From: Dendrobates tinctorius | Taxonomy: Eukaryota | Length of the DNA stretch: 64,000 nt | Direction: 5' to 3' | Assembly (NCBI RefSeq): GCF_039654945.1 | Contig: NW_027361676.1 | Coordinates: 42,098,001 to 42,162,000, forward strand | The notes under the pieces: generated by a model | Seen by the model: only the letters and a program-made list of their open reading frames with translations | What the model was told of the DNA's origin: nothing | Database searches by the model: none | Translations under genes and position numbers: made by a program | Shown: piece after piece, positions 49,917 through 62,738 of the stretch | Layout: every line of letters begins with the position of its first letter | Numbering within the stretch: the first letter of the stretch is position 1

Positions 49917-50779
49917 TTAGCCTTTGGGGATTCGTATAGTATTCTTAATCCATTTAATGAAATTAGGACTGAATCCAATGTGGCCCCAGCACTGCTCACA
50001 CATACTCCCACTTGGCAGCATGAAGGGAAACAATAGATTTAGTGGATGGGTTATCTTGTGCCACTTTCAGGTTTAAAAATACCCTTTGCAGGTTAATGGC
50101 CGTTGATTTTCAATGCATGAACCCGGCCTGATCAGAGTGAATAACTGAGATGACCAAATTCAAATGACTGGCCAGAATTTTTGCTAGAATCTTGACGTCA
50201 GATGTCAGCAATTATATAGGTCTATATGAATGCGGGAGAACTTTCTCCTTCCCCTCTTGTGGAATCACTATGATTGTTGCTTCCTGTAAAGTGTTCGGCA
50301 GGCTCCCTGACTGACTTTGTTAATCATAACCAGGTATTTTTGCCCCAACACTTCCTCAAACCACGTCTAGAGTTCTATTGGCAGGCCATCTGACACTGGG
50401 GCCTTGTCATTAGGCATCTTCCCCAAAAGTAATTGGACTCTGGTGCTTCCCTATCCTTGTCCTGCAGAACCAGTAGACTCAGTCCAATAGCTCCTCTTAT
50501 GAATAATTGACTCTAGATGAGTACAGCCTAGAGTAAAAACCATGTTATGCTTCTAATATTTCCCCCGATTGGGTTTTAACGTTTCCCTCATTGTCCTTTA
50601 ATGGAAGGGGAGTGGTTTACCTTAAAATGAGTTTATTGAAAACGGATGAGGTGAACCTTGCGACTGAAAATGAAGAGTCTGAGCTCACTTTTCAGGGGTA
50701 TTCTGTCCCTTCCCGTTGAAGGATGCAATATTTAGAGCCGCCATGGTGGATCTGTGGGTAAGCCTGACACATGTGACAT

Positions 50780-51414
50780 GCTATATGTCTTTTTTTGTTT
50801 TGTTTTTTCAACAGTGGGACTTTGTGGGGTCTTCTTGCTAAGATATTAGCTTGACACAGGTGTCTTCTACCTGTCACAGTACTCACAGGAACTTGAAACT
50901 ATCTTTGATCATCCTGGAGCTGATCATTGGCTGACCTTTGCCATTCTAGCTATAATTCCATCCACTTGAATGGTAGTCTCCCACTTTCTTGCATGTCTCT
51001 GTGGTTTGGCTTTCCATTTTAAAGCATTGGAGATCATTTTAACTGAACAGCCTATCACTGTCTGCACTTCTTTATAAGTTTTTCCCTTTCCAAACAACTT
51101 TTTAATCAAAGTACGCCATTCTTCTGAACAATATCCTGGCCTTACCCTTAAATAAGGGCCACCTGATTCATACCGGTTTCTTCACAGAATGATTGACCTC
51201 ACTAATTGATCTCCACACTGCTATTGTTTTACACAATGAATTTTTCTAATACCACAGACTCAAAAACATGCAGATCGAGAATGCTGGAGTCTGTTGGTTT
51301 TCTTAGACTCTACTGCACCAACTGCTAAATTGTTCAACATGTGGTAATATAATTTATACCCAAAACAGTGATTAATCTGGTCATATGGGACTGCTATTAT
51401 TTTGAACACTACTG
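50780..51414 (-). mobile_element. Tc1 5' fragment
   Basis: TIR CAGTAGTGTTCAAAATAATAGCAG; HTH ORF 50924-51109 (GKTYKEVQ...ISNALKW). Confidence 0.8.
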
Positions 51415-52428
51415 TATGTACAATGTCTAAAAGCATGTTCACACATTTTCCAGACAAAACCCAAGAAAAAAAAACTACATTGGCATATACCCTGTAGTAT
51501 GTAAATAGTCATTGTGGAGACATGAGGGTCAGTGGGTGTTCTTGTCTGCTGTCAAGGCTGTTTTTACAAAAACCGCATGGGCCAGGGCTCATCTCACTGA
51601 ATGCCCGTACTCATTCCCCATGGGCAGAACACTACTCAGGTCACCTGGCCACATGTGTTGTCTTATTGTCCAACCTGGTTTCTCTAAATGACTTCTTGGG
51701 CTTGGTGATGGGCAGTGGAGCAGATCTGTATTCCACCAGCTGAAACCAGTTTTCTTGGGCTGACGTCCTGTAGTCACACCGGTGTCAGGAGCAGGGCCCT
51801 TTTATATGCCACATCTCTCATTTCAGGATTTTGCATATTGTCCCACAGGATTGAGTGAAGACAATCCCTCATTGTTTGATTAGACTGCATATTTTTCTTC
51901 CAAATTGTGCAGACTAGTACACTGTAGGGTGCTGATGCAATTCGTAATTTAGGCTGCTTGGGACTGGGTTGTTTCCAGGCTACCACTGGATCCTTGATTT
52001 GGCAAGCCGTTCAATTCCTCTGTGTCATCCTCATCCTCCACGATGTTCTGGGCATACCAATAGACCAATTCCTGTATCAAAGCCAACCGTTGAATATTGA
52101 TCCGTCGAAGCTGGCACGACTCCTGTAGTTGTAGTTTCCTGTTGTGGCTGTATATCGACTCCAATCCCCTTCTCAAGGCTGAGCTGGTGGAGTTGGACAT
52201 GGTGGCATCCAAAACCTGCTGTGTATGCCTCACCTATGGCCAAGCGATAGATCCTGAAAAAATGAGATGCTACAGGTCTCAGAAAATGGCACGCAATGAG
52301 CGCAGACTCCCACACCACTGAGAAAGAGGGGCATGTCCACGCCAAGCAGAGAAAAGCCCGCACGAAAAGGAGAAAGAATGGGTGGAGCCAACTCTGCAGA
52401 TAGGCCACACAGAAGCCGATGCCTATAA

Positions 52429-52720
52429 GGGTGTGTGCAGACGCTGCGGAATCCGCACGGATTTTGCAAAAACCGCAGGTCAAAAGATCTGCGGTTTGGT
52501 CCTGCGGTTTCACCATCTCCATAATGGTGGAGATAGGAAACCGCTGCGGATTCCGCAGAAAGAATTGACCTGTCAATTCTTTCTGCGGTTTCAAAACCGC
52601 AGGAAATCCGTGCGGATTTATCCGCAACGTCCACACAGCGGTTTCTGTTTACCATTCATTTGAATGGTACTGTACACCGCAGCTAAAACTGCTGCGAATC
52701 CGCAGCGTGTGCACATACCC
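52429..52720. mobile_element. Harbinger-type MITE
   Basis: GGGTGTGTGCAGACGCTGCGG / CCGCAGCGTGTGCACATACCC, TAA duplication. Confidence 0.82.
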
Positions 52721-52777
52721 TAATAATCAGAGAGGCCGGTACAGGAGCGCCCACACAAAGGTAAAAAAATATATATA

Positions 52778-53240
52778 CAATACAGACCAAAAGTTTGGAC
52801 ACACCTTCTCATTCAAAGAGTTTTCTTTATTTTCATGACTATGAAAATTGTAGATTCACTCTGAAGGCATCAAAACTATGAATTAACACATGTGGAATTA
52901 TATAATTAACAAAAGTGTGAAACAACTGAAAATATGTCTTATATTCTGGGTTCTTCAAAGTAGCCACTTTTGCTTTGATTACTGCTTTGCACACTCTTGG
53001 CATTCTCTTGATGAGCTTCAAGAGGTAGTCACTGGAAATGGTTTTCACTTCACAGGTGTGCCCCGTCAGGTTTAATAAGTGGGATTTCTTGCCTTATAAA
53101 TGAGGTTGGGACCATCAGTTGTGTTGTGCAGAAGTCTGGTGGATACACAGCTGATAGTCCTACTGAATAGACTGTTAGCTGCTTTTTTCTTGCCAGAATA
53201 CAAATTCTAAGTAAAGAAAAACGAGTGGCCATCGTTACTG
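52778..53240 (+). mobile_element. Tc1 non-autonomous or truncated fragment
   Basis: TIR-like CAGACCAAAAGTTTGGACACAC. The long TIR carries the transposase tail (MPRVCKAVIKAK) in antisense, and LSKEKRVAI lies near 53207. Confidence 0.75.
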
Positions 53241-53569
53241 TACTGTATTTTAAAAAAAAAAAACAAAACCCTTAGATGCTTCCAGCTAGAGGTCGATTGC
53301 AGATCTTCTTGTCACTTCCCAGGGTAAAAACCTGTGGGAAAGAAGGGGTTACCTCTCTGTATGGAGCCGATTTGTAAATAGGATCACCCTTCCAGTCCTC
53401 ACCATCAAGGGATGAGATCCGGCTGTAAGAAGTCTGTACCTCGAGACCATCTGGATCTGGTGGGTGGGCAGGGGGGGGCAGGACCACTCTTGATGTGTTG
53501 GGGGCTGGGGTTCTGTCGGATAGACAGATGAGAAAATGGGGTGGCAAATCACGCTGTTCTGTCTCTACT

Positions 53570-54398
53570 CGCGCCTATTAGCCAGTTAAATGCCACTGTC
53601 AAACGCTGATAGCGGCATTTATCGCGCGCTTCCGGCCATCAGCAGGAAATACGCGCATTGCTGACCCCTGTCATGTGATTCGGGGCATCTGTGCGTCAGC
53701 ATAACAACCAGAGGTCTTCTTGAGACCTCTATGGTTGCTGATGCGTTCAGAATCACCTGATCTATCAATAAAAAAAAGGATTAACCTGATCGCTAAACGG
53801 CGTAGCGAGAAAAAAATCCGAACGCCAGAATTACTTTTTTGGGTTGCCGCGACATTGCATTAAAATGCAAAATGGGTGATCAAAAGATCGTATCTGCACA
53901 CAAATGGTATCATTAAAAACGGCAGCTTGGCGCGCAAAAAATAAGCCCTCACCCAACCCGAGATCACGAAAAATGGAGACGCTACGGGTCTCGCAAATGG
54001 AACAATTTTTTTTTTTTTTTTTTTAGCAAACTTTGGAATTTTTTTTCACCACTTAGATAAAAAACAACCCAGACATGTTTGGTGTCTATAAACTCGTAAT
54101 GACCTGGAGAATCATAATAGCTGGCCAGTTTTGGTGTTTACTGAACCTAGTAAAAAGAGGCAAACAAAAAAGTATGGGATTGCACTTTTTTGCAATTTCA
54201 CCGCATTTGGAATTTTTTCCCGTTTTCGAGTACACAACATGGTGAAACCAATGATGTCGATCAAAAGTCCAACTCGTCCCGCAAAAAACAAGCCCTCACG
54301 CGGCCATATTGATGGAAAAATAAAAAGTTATGGCTCTGGGAAGATGGGGAGCGAAAAATGAGAACGCAAAACCGGAAAAAGTTCCAGTCATTAAGGGG
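53570..54398. mobile_element. Partial non-autonomous piggyBac-like element
   Basis: Ends AAGGGG|TTAA; reverse-complement similarity to 28492-29878. Confidence 0.7.
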
Positions 54399-56387
54399 TT
54401 AAAATAGTAATAAATGTTTTTATAGTCCTTTCCTTTAGGGTAGCTGGATGTCTTGCTGCCTTCTACCTTATCAATTTCACCCAGGAACCGGCCCGTGGTC
54501 TCTGTCCATGCACTGTGTACCCTTATTACACTGAATGATACCTGGACAGGGTGAGCTGATGTGATATTTTTCTTTGCCTTGTCAGCTGTATGACACCCAC
54601 TCCTCCAAGTGTGGGCTCAGTTAATGTTTAATGGGCTGTCCAATCACAAGCTATTAACTTATCCTTAGAATAGGTAATCAATATCGAATCGGCGCATCCA
54701 CATGCCGGCTGTTCTTGGCTCTGACGGCATCCTGCGCTGTTCTGCAGCACCATGCAGTGGCTTCTACACATTCAAAGAAGCTACACAGCTCAATTCAATG
54801 CATTACGGCCTAACCACAGGATAGGTCATCAATATTTTGTTGCTTCACAACCCCTTTAAGGCCCACACATTCATAACAATAATATGACATGGGGCAGAAG
54901 GGGGTTAAAGGACAGAGGGAGATTAGACAAATTTTGATGTACTCCTCATAAAAGAATGATGTTTTTAACACTTTATTTTGAATGTTTGTTAATTGTCTTG
55001 TCTAAAATATTTCTGAACAGAAAAATATGACATTTGTGGTCATCCTGGGTGGGGCTGAATATACCATATATATGCTATGTGCTGCTGGTAAGAGTAAGGG
55101 GAAACAGATTTACATTCTAAATCCAGACTTCCTGCAGAAGATAGTAGTTTCTTTTGATGACCTAATTTTTCTTGTCTGAGTATCCTTTCTCTGCAGCATC
55201 CAGAAAACTAAGTAATGCACTCCTAGGCTTTTTGGAGCAGCCTGTGTTGAAGTCCCTGGTCACCTTTGCATCAGTTTGAGTTAAGGAAGCAAATAATATA
55301 CAAACACAAGCAACTATCTAAATATATATGTTCTGTCTCCAACATAATTCACAACCTTTAACTATTTTGATAACATACAATGATTTGCTGTATGTATAGT
55401 ATGTACAGGTTTCTATATAGTTTACTGTTTTATGTATATTTGGCTCCATCTACTGACCAAAGTCATAACTGCATGATTATTATGCATTGAACTTCCTGAA
55501 TTTTATTTCCCTCTCTTCACAATGCATTTTGAGAAGGTTTGCAAAGCACCCTGGTAAGTTGCAAAGCATCATGGTTAAGTCCAGCCCCCATTTTCCCCAC
55601 CAGTTCTTCTATTTCCTCTCAAGCATGCATTTTGTGAACATCTCATTTCTCTACTCCCCTTGTGTCAGCATCGCTGGTAGGTGGTCATGCTTCCTATATC
55701 TAATTCTATCTCATACTACCCCTGCTTAGTTAGCTAGTAGTGCAGATATGTATATATATGTTTTCCTATGAACACAGTACTGATTGTATTTACATGTTTC
55801 TAGTTTCACCACATCAATATACCCTACGTTCAATAAAGCAGATTCAACTACAGTCTCCCTTATTGGACCCCGGTATAGCAGTTTAGCTGCCTGTTAAGCT
55901 ACATGGATCCTGGTTCATTTAGTGAGGGCATGACGATATATATATATTTTATTTATAATTATCCTGTCATTTAGAACTGGCAGAGGGTAGCTTGTTGCTC
56001 TGCTAGCTCTGCTGTCTTCCATTCCTTGATGTTGGAGATTGCAGCAGATGAGATGATTGGAAAATCAGTGCTTTCTCCCCGCTATATGTGCTCAGGGAGG
56101 GCAGAAAAAAAAAAAACAGACTGTAGAGAGGAAGACATCAAACTCATTAAGAGGATATAAGTACATAAATTAGGCTACGGTAATGTCACATGACCCATAA
56201 ATATTTGCTAATGCATGTCTATTTGAGCTGCATTTTAAATAATAGAAAGTCAAATTGTACACTCGAACTGATGTCTTAAGTCGCTTGCCATAGACAAGAA
56301 AATTAACCAAGTTTGTCACATTCTCAAAATCCATTGAATATAATTAGATGCAATACCGCAATGTCACATGCAATGTTGATGTGTGTA

Positions 56388-59096
56388 CAGTGGCATGTAT
56401 AAGTTTGGGCACCCCTGGTCGAAATTACTGTTATTGTGAACAGATAAGCAAGTTGAAGATGAAATTATTTCTAAAAGGCCTAAAGTTAAAGATGACACAT
56501 TTACTTTGAATTTTAGGGGGGGAAAAAATTGTAATGATTTACATTTTAAAAATTACAAAAAGGAAAATGGGCCAATGCAAAAGTTTGGGCACCCTGCATG
56601 GTTGCTACCTAGTAGCACCCCCTTTTGAAAGAAAGCTTGTAAATGCTTTTTGTAGCAAGACAAGAGTCTTATCAATTTTGTTTGAGGGATTTTCATCCAT
56701 TTTTCATTGGAAAAGTCTAGTTCTATGAGATTCCTGGGTCGTCTTGCATGCACTGCTATTTAGAGGTGGTCTGGCCACAGATTTTCAGATCAAAGGACTG
56801 TAAGGGCCAATGTAAAACCTTCAGCTTGCGTCTTTTGAGGAAGTCTATTGTGGGTTTTGTATTGTGTCTAGAATCATTATCCATTTGTAGAAGCCATCCT
56901 CTTTTCAACTTTTTTTTTTTTTTTTCAACAGATGTTATGTTCGCGTTTTCTGGGGAGTCCGGTTTTCATGCAGAAATTTTTTGCATACGTGGGCACATAC
57001 AGTTGTGGCCCAAAGTATTGACACCCCTGCAATTCTGTCAGATAATACTCAGTTTCTTCCTGAAAGTGATTGCAAACACAAATTCTTTGGTATTATTATC
57101 TTCGTTTAATTTGTCTTAAATGAAAAAACACAAAAGAGAATGAAGCAAGAAGCAAAACATTGATCATTTCACACAACTCCAAAAATGGGCCAGACAAAAG
57201 TATTGACACCCTCAGCCTAATACATGGTTGCACAACCTTTAGCCAAAATAACTGCGACCAACCGCTTCCAGTAACCATCAATGAGTTTCTTACACTGCTC
57301 TGCTGGAGTTTTAGACCATTCTTCTTTGGCAAACTGCTCCAGGTCCCTGATATTTGAAGGGTGCCTTCTCCAAACTGCCATTTTTAAATCTCTCCACAGG
57401 TGTTCTATGGGATTCAGGTCTGGACTCATTGCTGGCCACCTTAGAGGTCTCCAGTGCTTTCTCTCAAACCATTTTCTAGTGCTTTTTGAAGTGTGTTTTG
57501 GGTCATTGTCCTGCTGGAAGACCCATGACCTCTGAGGGAGACCCAGCTTTCTCACACTGGGCCCTACATTATGCTGCAAAATTTGTTGGTAGTCTTCAAA
57601 CTTCACAATGCCATGCACATGGTCAAGCAGTCCAGTGCCAGAGGCAACAAAGCAACCTCAGAACATCAGGGAACCTCCGCCATGTTTGACTGTAGGGACC
57701 GTGTTCTTTTCTGTGAATGCCTCTTTTTTCTCCTGCAAACTCTATGTTGATGCCTTGGCCCAAAAAGCTCTACTTTTGTCTCATCTGACCAGAGAACATT
57801 CTTCCAAAACATTTTAGGCTTTTTCAGGTAAGTTTTGGCAAATTCCAGCCTGGCTTTTTTTATGTCTCAGGGTAAAAAGTGGGGTCTTTCTGGGTCTCCT
57901 ACCATACAGTCCCTTTTCATTCAGATGCCGACGGCTAGTACGGGTTGACACTGTTGTACCCTCAGACTGCAGGGCAGCTTGAACTTGTTTGGATGTTAGT
58001 CGAGGTTCTTTATCCAACATCCGCATAATCTTGCGTTGAAATCTCTTGTCAATTTTTCTTTTCCGTCCACATCTAGGGAGGTTAGCCACAGTGCCATGGG
58101 CTTTAAACTTCTTGATGACACTGCGCACGGTAGACACAGGAACATTCAGGTCTTTGGAGATGGACTTGTAGCCTTGAGATTGCTCATGCTTCCTCACAAT
58201 TTTGTTTCTCAAGTCCTCAGACAGTTCTTTGGTCTTTCTTTTCTCCATGCTCAATGTGGTATACACAAGGACACAGGCTGAGTCAACTTTAATCCATGTC
58301 AACTGGCTGCAAGTGTGATTTAGTTATTGCCAACACCTGTTAGTTACAGATGCTGTTAATTACACAAATTAGAGAAGCATCACATGATTTTTCGAACAAT
58401 GCCAATACTTTTGTCCACCCTCTTTTTTTGTTTGATGTGGAATTATATCCAATTTGGCTTTAAGGCAATTCTTTGTGTTTTTTCATTTAAGACAAATTAA
58501 ATGAAGATAATAATACCAAAGAATTTGTGTTTGCAATCATTTTCAGGAAGAAACTGAGTATCTGACAGAATTGCAGGGGTGTCAATACTTTTGGCCACAA
58601 TTGTAGCCTTATGGTAAGGCTGCATGAGAGGATTTCTTCTGATGACTTCCATGTAGGCCATATTTGTGCAGATGTCCAAAAAGTAGAAAAGTGTACCACA
58701 ACTAGTGATGAGTGAGCATGCTCAGATAAGGTGTTATTCGAGTACGCTCGTGTCCTAATAAGAGTATTTTCGGTATGCTCGAGTCCCCACGCCTGCATGT
58801 CTCACAGCTGTTCGACAGCCGCAACACATGCAGGGATTGCCTAACAAACCGGCAAACAGATACTGTCAAAAGGGGGGTGCTACGAGGTACAAACAATGCA
58901 GAGTGCCCAAACTTTTGCACTGGCCCATTTTCCTTTTTGTAATTATTAAAATGTAAAAAATGAAAATATATATTTTTGCCTAAAATACAAAAGGAAATGT
59001 GTCATCTTTAACTTTAGGCCTTTTAGAGATCATTTCATCTTCAACTTACTTAACAGTAATTTTGACAAGGGGTGCCCAAACTTTTATATGCCACTG
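56388..59096 (-). mobile_element. Internally deleted Tc1 (family of 14624-15970) carrying nested insertions
   Basis: TA|CAGTGGCATGTATAAGTTTGGGCACCCCT ... CCCAAACTTTTATATGCCACTG|TA. Confidence 0.85.
57000..58603 (-). mobile_element. Full-length Tc1 (DD34E, IR/DR-type) with frameshifted transposase
   Basis: ~200-bp TIRs with repeated AAAGTATTGACACCC sites and TA flanks. ORFs 57814-58302 (TKELSEDLR...GRKRK) and 57217-57618 (FQQDNDPKHT, SPDLNPIEHLW). Confidence 0.92.
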
Positions 59097-59302
59097 TAGT
59101 ACCAGTCTGTGCTGATAAATGAGATCAAGTAACGGCAGCAGCAACCTGGTCATGCAAACCTCGCATCCAGCATATATATAGCAAGAAAGTACAAGAAACT
59201 ATATGGCTCGGTTTTAAAGGGGTGGGGGGGTTCATCACTAGGCTAATGTGCTGCCAGGACACTTCTAACCCATCAAGCCATTTCTTTGGTACTAAGACAT
59301 TA

Positions 59303-59763
59303 GGCCTCTTTCACACTTCAGTTTTTTACAAATCAGTCACAATCCCCCAGGTTTTGAAAAAAACAGATCCTCAATTTTCTTTTGAGGATCCGTTTTTTTT
59401 TCCCCATTGACTTGCATTAATGGCAGATTGTAACTGATTGCTTTCCGTTGCATCCGTTTTTTTTGAGGATCCGCCAAAAGTTGCTGTCCGTCACCATCCT
59501 CAAAGATTTGAAAACGGAGCTTGCAACGTTTTTTTCTGTGGTGGATCCTCCAGACACTTATTTAACCCGAAATTCTTTCTGGGTGCCGGAAAAAATTCTC
59601 TCTCTCCTTCCCGGCCAGCAGTTCCTTTATATTTCCTCATTTTCAGGATCCGTCTGAAAACGGATCCTGTGCCATCCGTTCACATCAGTTGACAACGGAT
59701 CCGCTTGTCTGACTTTTTGGCGGATTTGAACTGATGCAAAAAAACTGAAGTGTGAAAGAGGCC
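59303..59763. mobile_element. Harbinger-type MITE
   Basis: TIR GGCCTCTTTCACACTTCAGTTTTTT, TTA duplication. Related to 8138-8380. Confidence 0.85.
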
Positions 59764-60162
59764 TTAGCAGTTATTTACCAGTTGGGATCCTCACCAGCTA
59801 CAGCATATTAATAAGCCTTGGGCACCAAAGACCCTGCCAACACGGTTGTTGCTCCTTAAACCACTTTTGGTATACTGAAGACCTGCTGCTTTGGAGATGC
59901 TGTGACCCGTTTATTTAGCCTCACTGGCCTGTGTCATAATTACTCTGATCCTTACCCTTTCCAGCTTCCAATACACTGGGTCACTGGTTTTATTAGGACT
60001 AACTTGTTTATGGCATGTCATCTGTATATATCAGATACAATCTGGGTGTAGCCTGTAGAAAACAGTCTGCCATCCCAGTGAACACAATACCAATGGTCAG
60101 ACTGCAAGTTATCATAAATGCTAGTCATTTTTAATTTACCAACAAAAATTAAACATTTTTAA

Positions 60163-62282
60163 CCCCTTTCTGCCATTGGACATACTATCCTGTCCATGTG
60201 ACCTGGGATTTAATTCCCATGGACGGGATAGTACGTCATAGCGATCAGCGGCGCTGATCAAGCCGTGTCAGCTGATTATCACTTTTTACAGGGATATGGT
60301 ACCCAGAGCCCGGAGGACAGTCTCCTCTCCTCCGGATCGTGGGTACCATCCGCAAATGTTCTGCTTACTTTTTGCATGGTGGGCACAGCCACATTCAGAA
60401 AGTAAGCAGAACAATGCATTCCTATGGGTGCGGGATCGCCGCGATTCCGCAAAATTAATGAGCATGCTGCGTTTTTTACCGCGAAGCAATTCCACCGCGG
60501 TAAAAACCGCAGCGTTAGCACAGCATTGCGGAATCCCATAGGAATGCATGGGATGCTTATTTTTCGTGGCAAAATTGCGAGGTTAAAACCGCCGCGAAAA
60601 AAACGCCACGTGTGAACTCAGCCTAAAACTGCTTTATCAATTTTACCACACGCGGAACGGTGTAAATGCACCCCCGCCAAAAAGAAATTCGTGAAATGCT
60701 GGTTTTTGTTTATTCTGCGTCCCAGAAATCGGAAAAAAAAAAAGCGAAAAAAAGTCACGTGCCTGAAAAAGGTACCAATAAAAACGTCAACTCGTCCCGC
60801 AAGAAATAAGACTTCACATGACTCTGTGGGTCAAAATATGGAAAAATTATAGCTCTCAAAATGTGGCGATGCAAAGACTTTTTACAATAAAAAGCGTCTT
60901 AGCGTGTGACACTGCCAAATATAAAAACCGCCATAAATAGTAAATCAAACCCCCGTTACCAACTCCTTAGTTAGGGAAAATAAAATAAAAAAAAAAAAAG
61001 TTTTTTTTCCCCATTTTCTCATTAGGGTTAGGGGTGTGTTGGGGTTAGAGTTGGAGTTAGAATTCGGGGGTTTCCACTGTTTGGGCACATCAGGGGCTCT
61101 CCAAAAGCAACATAGCGTCCGATCTTAATTCCAGCCAAAAAAAGTCAAATGGAGCCGCTTCCCTTCCGAGCCTCTGCCATGCACCCAAATAGTGGTTTAC
61201 CCCCACATGTGGGGTAGCAGCGTACTCAGGACAAATTGCACAATAACTTTTGGGGTCCCGTTTCCCTTGGGAAAACAGAAATTGGGGGGTGAAAAGATCA
61301 TTTTTGAGGAAAAAAAATATGATTTTTTTAATTGTACGGCTGTACGTTATAAACTTCTGTGAAGCCCTCGGGGGTTCAAAGTGCTCACCACATATCTAGA
61401 GAAATTCCTTGGGCGGGGGTCTAGTTTCCAAAATGGGGTCACTTGTGGGGAGTTTCCACTGTTTAGGCACATCAGGGTCTCTCCAAACGTGACATGGTGT
61501 CCGATCTGAATTCCAGCCAATTTTGCGTTGAAAAAGTCAAACAGCGCGCCTTCCCTTCTGAGCTCTGCCATGCGCCGAAACATGTGGTGGTGGTGGGGAG
61601 GGGGAACCACTATCAGGTATCAGCGTACTCAGGACAAATTGCACAATAACTTTTGCAGTCCAATTTCTCCTGTTAAAAAAAAAAAATGGACCTGAAGTAA
61701 TTTTGTGTGAAAAAGTTAAAAAAAAAAAAAACATTTAACATTCAAAAAAGTCCTGTGAAGGACCTGAAGGGTTGATAAACTTCTTGAATGTGGTTTTGAG
61801 CACCTTGAGGGGTGCAGTTTTTAGAATGGTGTCACTTTTGGGTATTTTCTATCATATAGACCCCTCTAAGTGACTTCAAATGTGATGTGGTCCCTAAAAA
61901 TAAAATGGTGTTGTAAAAATGAGAAATCGCTGGTCAACTTTTAACCCTTATAACTTCCTAACCAAAAAAATAATTTTGTTCCCAAATTGTGCTGATGTAA
62001 AGCAGACATGTGGGAAATGTTACTTAAGTATTTTGTGTGCCATATCTCTGTGATTTAAGGGCATGAAAATTCACCAAATTTCCTTTTTTTTTCCCACAAA
62101 TAAACGCAAGTTATATGAATGAAATTTTACCACTAACATGAAGTACAATATGTCACGAGAAAAACAGTGTCAGAATCACCGGGATCCATGGAAGTGTTCC
62201 AGAGATCACCTCATAAAGGGACTGTGGTCAGAATTGTAAAAATTGGCCACTAACATGCAAACCATCCTTGGGGGTAAAGGGG
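60163..62282. mobile_element. Non-autonomous piggyBac-like (TTAA) element with internal tandem repeats
   Basis: TTAA|CCCCTT...AAGGGG|TTAA; ~350-bp internal repeats (GGCACATCAGGGGCTCT...) shared with 62739-64000. Confidence 0.78.
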
Positions 62283-62407
62283 TTAAACTCCAAAATTTTC
62301 AGTCAAGGTCATCTTGTAAGTAGTTAGCTCCCAGCAGTAAACTTCTTTCTCATGTCAGAAGGTCACTGAATCATTACACTTACAGACTTCAGACACAAGA
62401 TAACAAT

Positions 62408-62413
62408 TTTATT
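62408..62413 (-). terminator. Probable HPF1 polyadenylation signal
   Basis: AATAAA on the - strand, ~58 nt downstream of the HPF1 stop. Confidence 0.6.
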
Positions 62414-62470
62414 ACAAAACTACTTTATAGCATAATGAGAACAAATATGCAACATTAACTGTGATCTGAA

Positions 62471-62602
62471 TCATGTGGCTAGATGGTTGACATTCTCTTT
62501 ACTTCGGTTTGCCAGGTGAGATTCAATTATTTCTGCAAATAAATCCCGTTTCAGAAGCTTGTATGCAAGGGGCAAAAGTTGGCCAGCAACTTTGTGAAAG
62601 TA
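62471..62602 (-). CDS. HPF1: HPF1 (histone PARylation factor 1) last coding exon
   Basis: - strand: TTTTTCAG| then [43 protein letters not shown]. Matches the HPF1 C-terminus and the known CLCN3-HPF1 tail-to-tail synteny. Missed by the ORF track. Confidence 0.93.
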   Translation of the reverse strand, partial: YFHKVAGQLLPLAYKLLKRDLFAEIIESHLANRSKENVNHLAT

Positions 62603-62738
62603 CTGAAAAACAAAACCAGAATAAAACGAGGACTTTGAAACCAGCACTCAGATTGTAGTAATGAAGTAGCAACAGCCCATTAGTGCTTATTATATTAATG
62701 AATTTTTAGACCATTTTGTAAATATCACAGAATATTAA

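Larger units (their letters stand above)
47560..50660 (-). mobile_element. L1-clade LINE ORF2 remnant with MITE insertions
   Basis: LSTLGRINLIKM (48528-48893), TPIWNN (47958-48155), RT-like remnants near 49080-49230 and 50140-50410. Further L1-like debris at ~45850-46560. Confidence 0.8.

Noticed and set aside
51500-52400. Possible decayed DNA-transposon coding sequence on the - strand
   Set aside because: Fragments too degenerate to support a family call.
55080-55290. Candidate HPF1 or other - strand exon
   Set aside because: Translations showed no similarity to HPF1; the real last exon is at 62471-62602.
61021-61060. TTAGGG-like repeats as an interstitial telomere
   Set aside because: Only a few degenerate units, internal to a piggyBac-like element.
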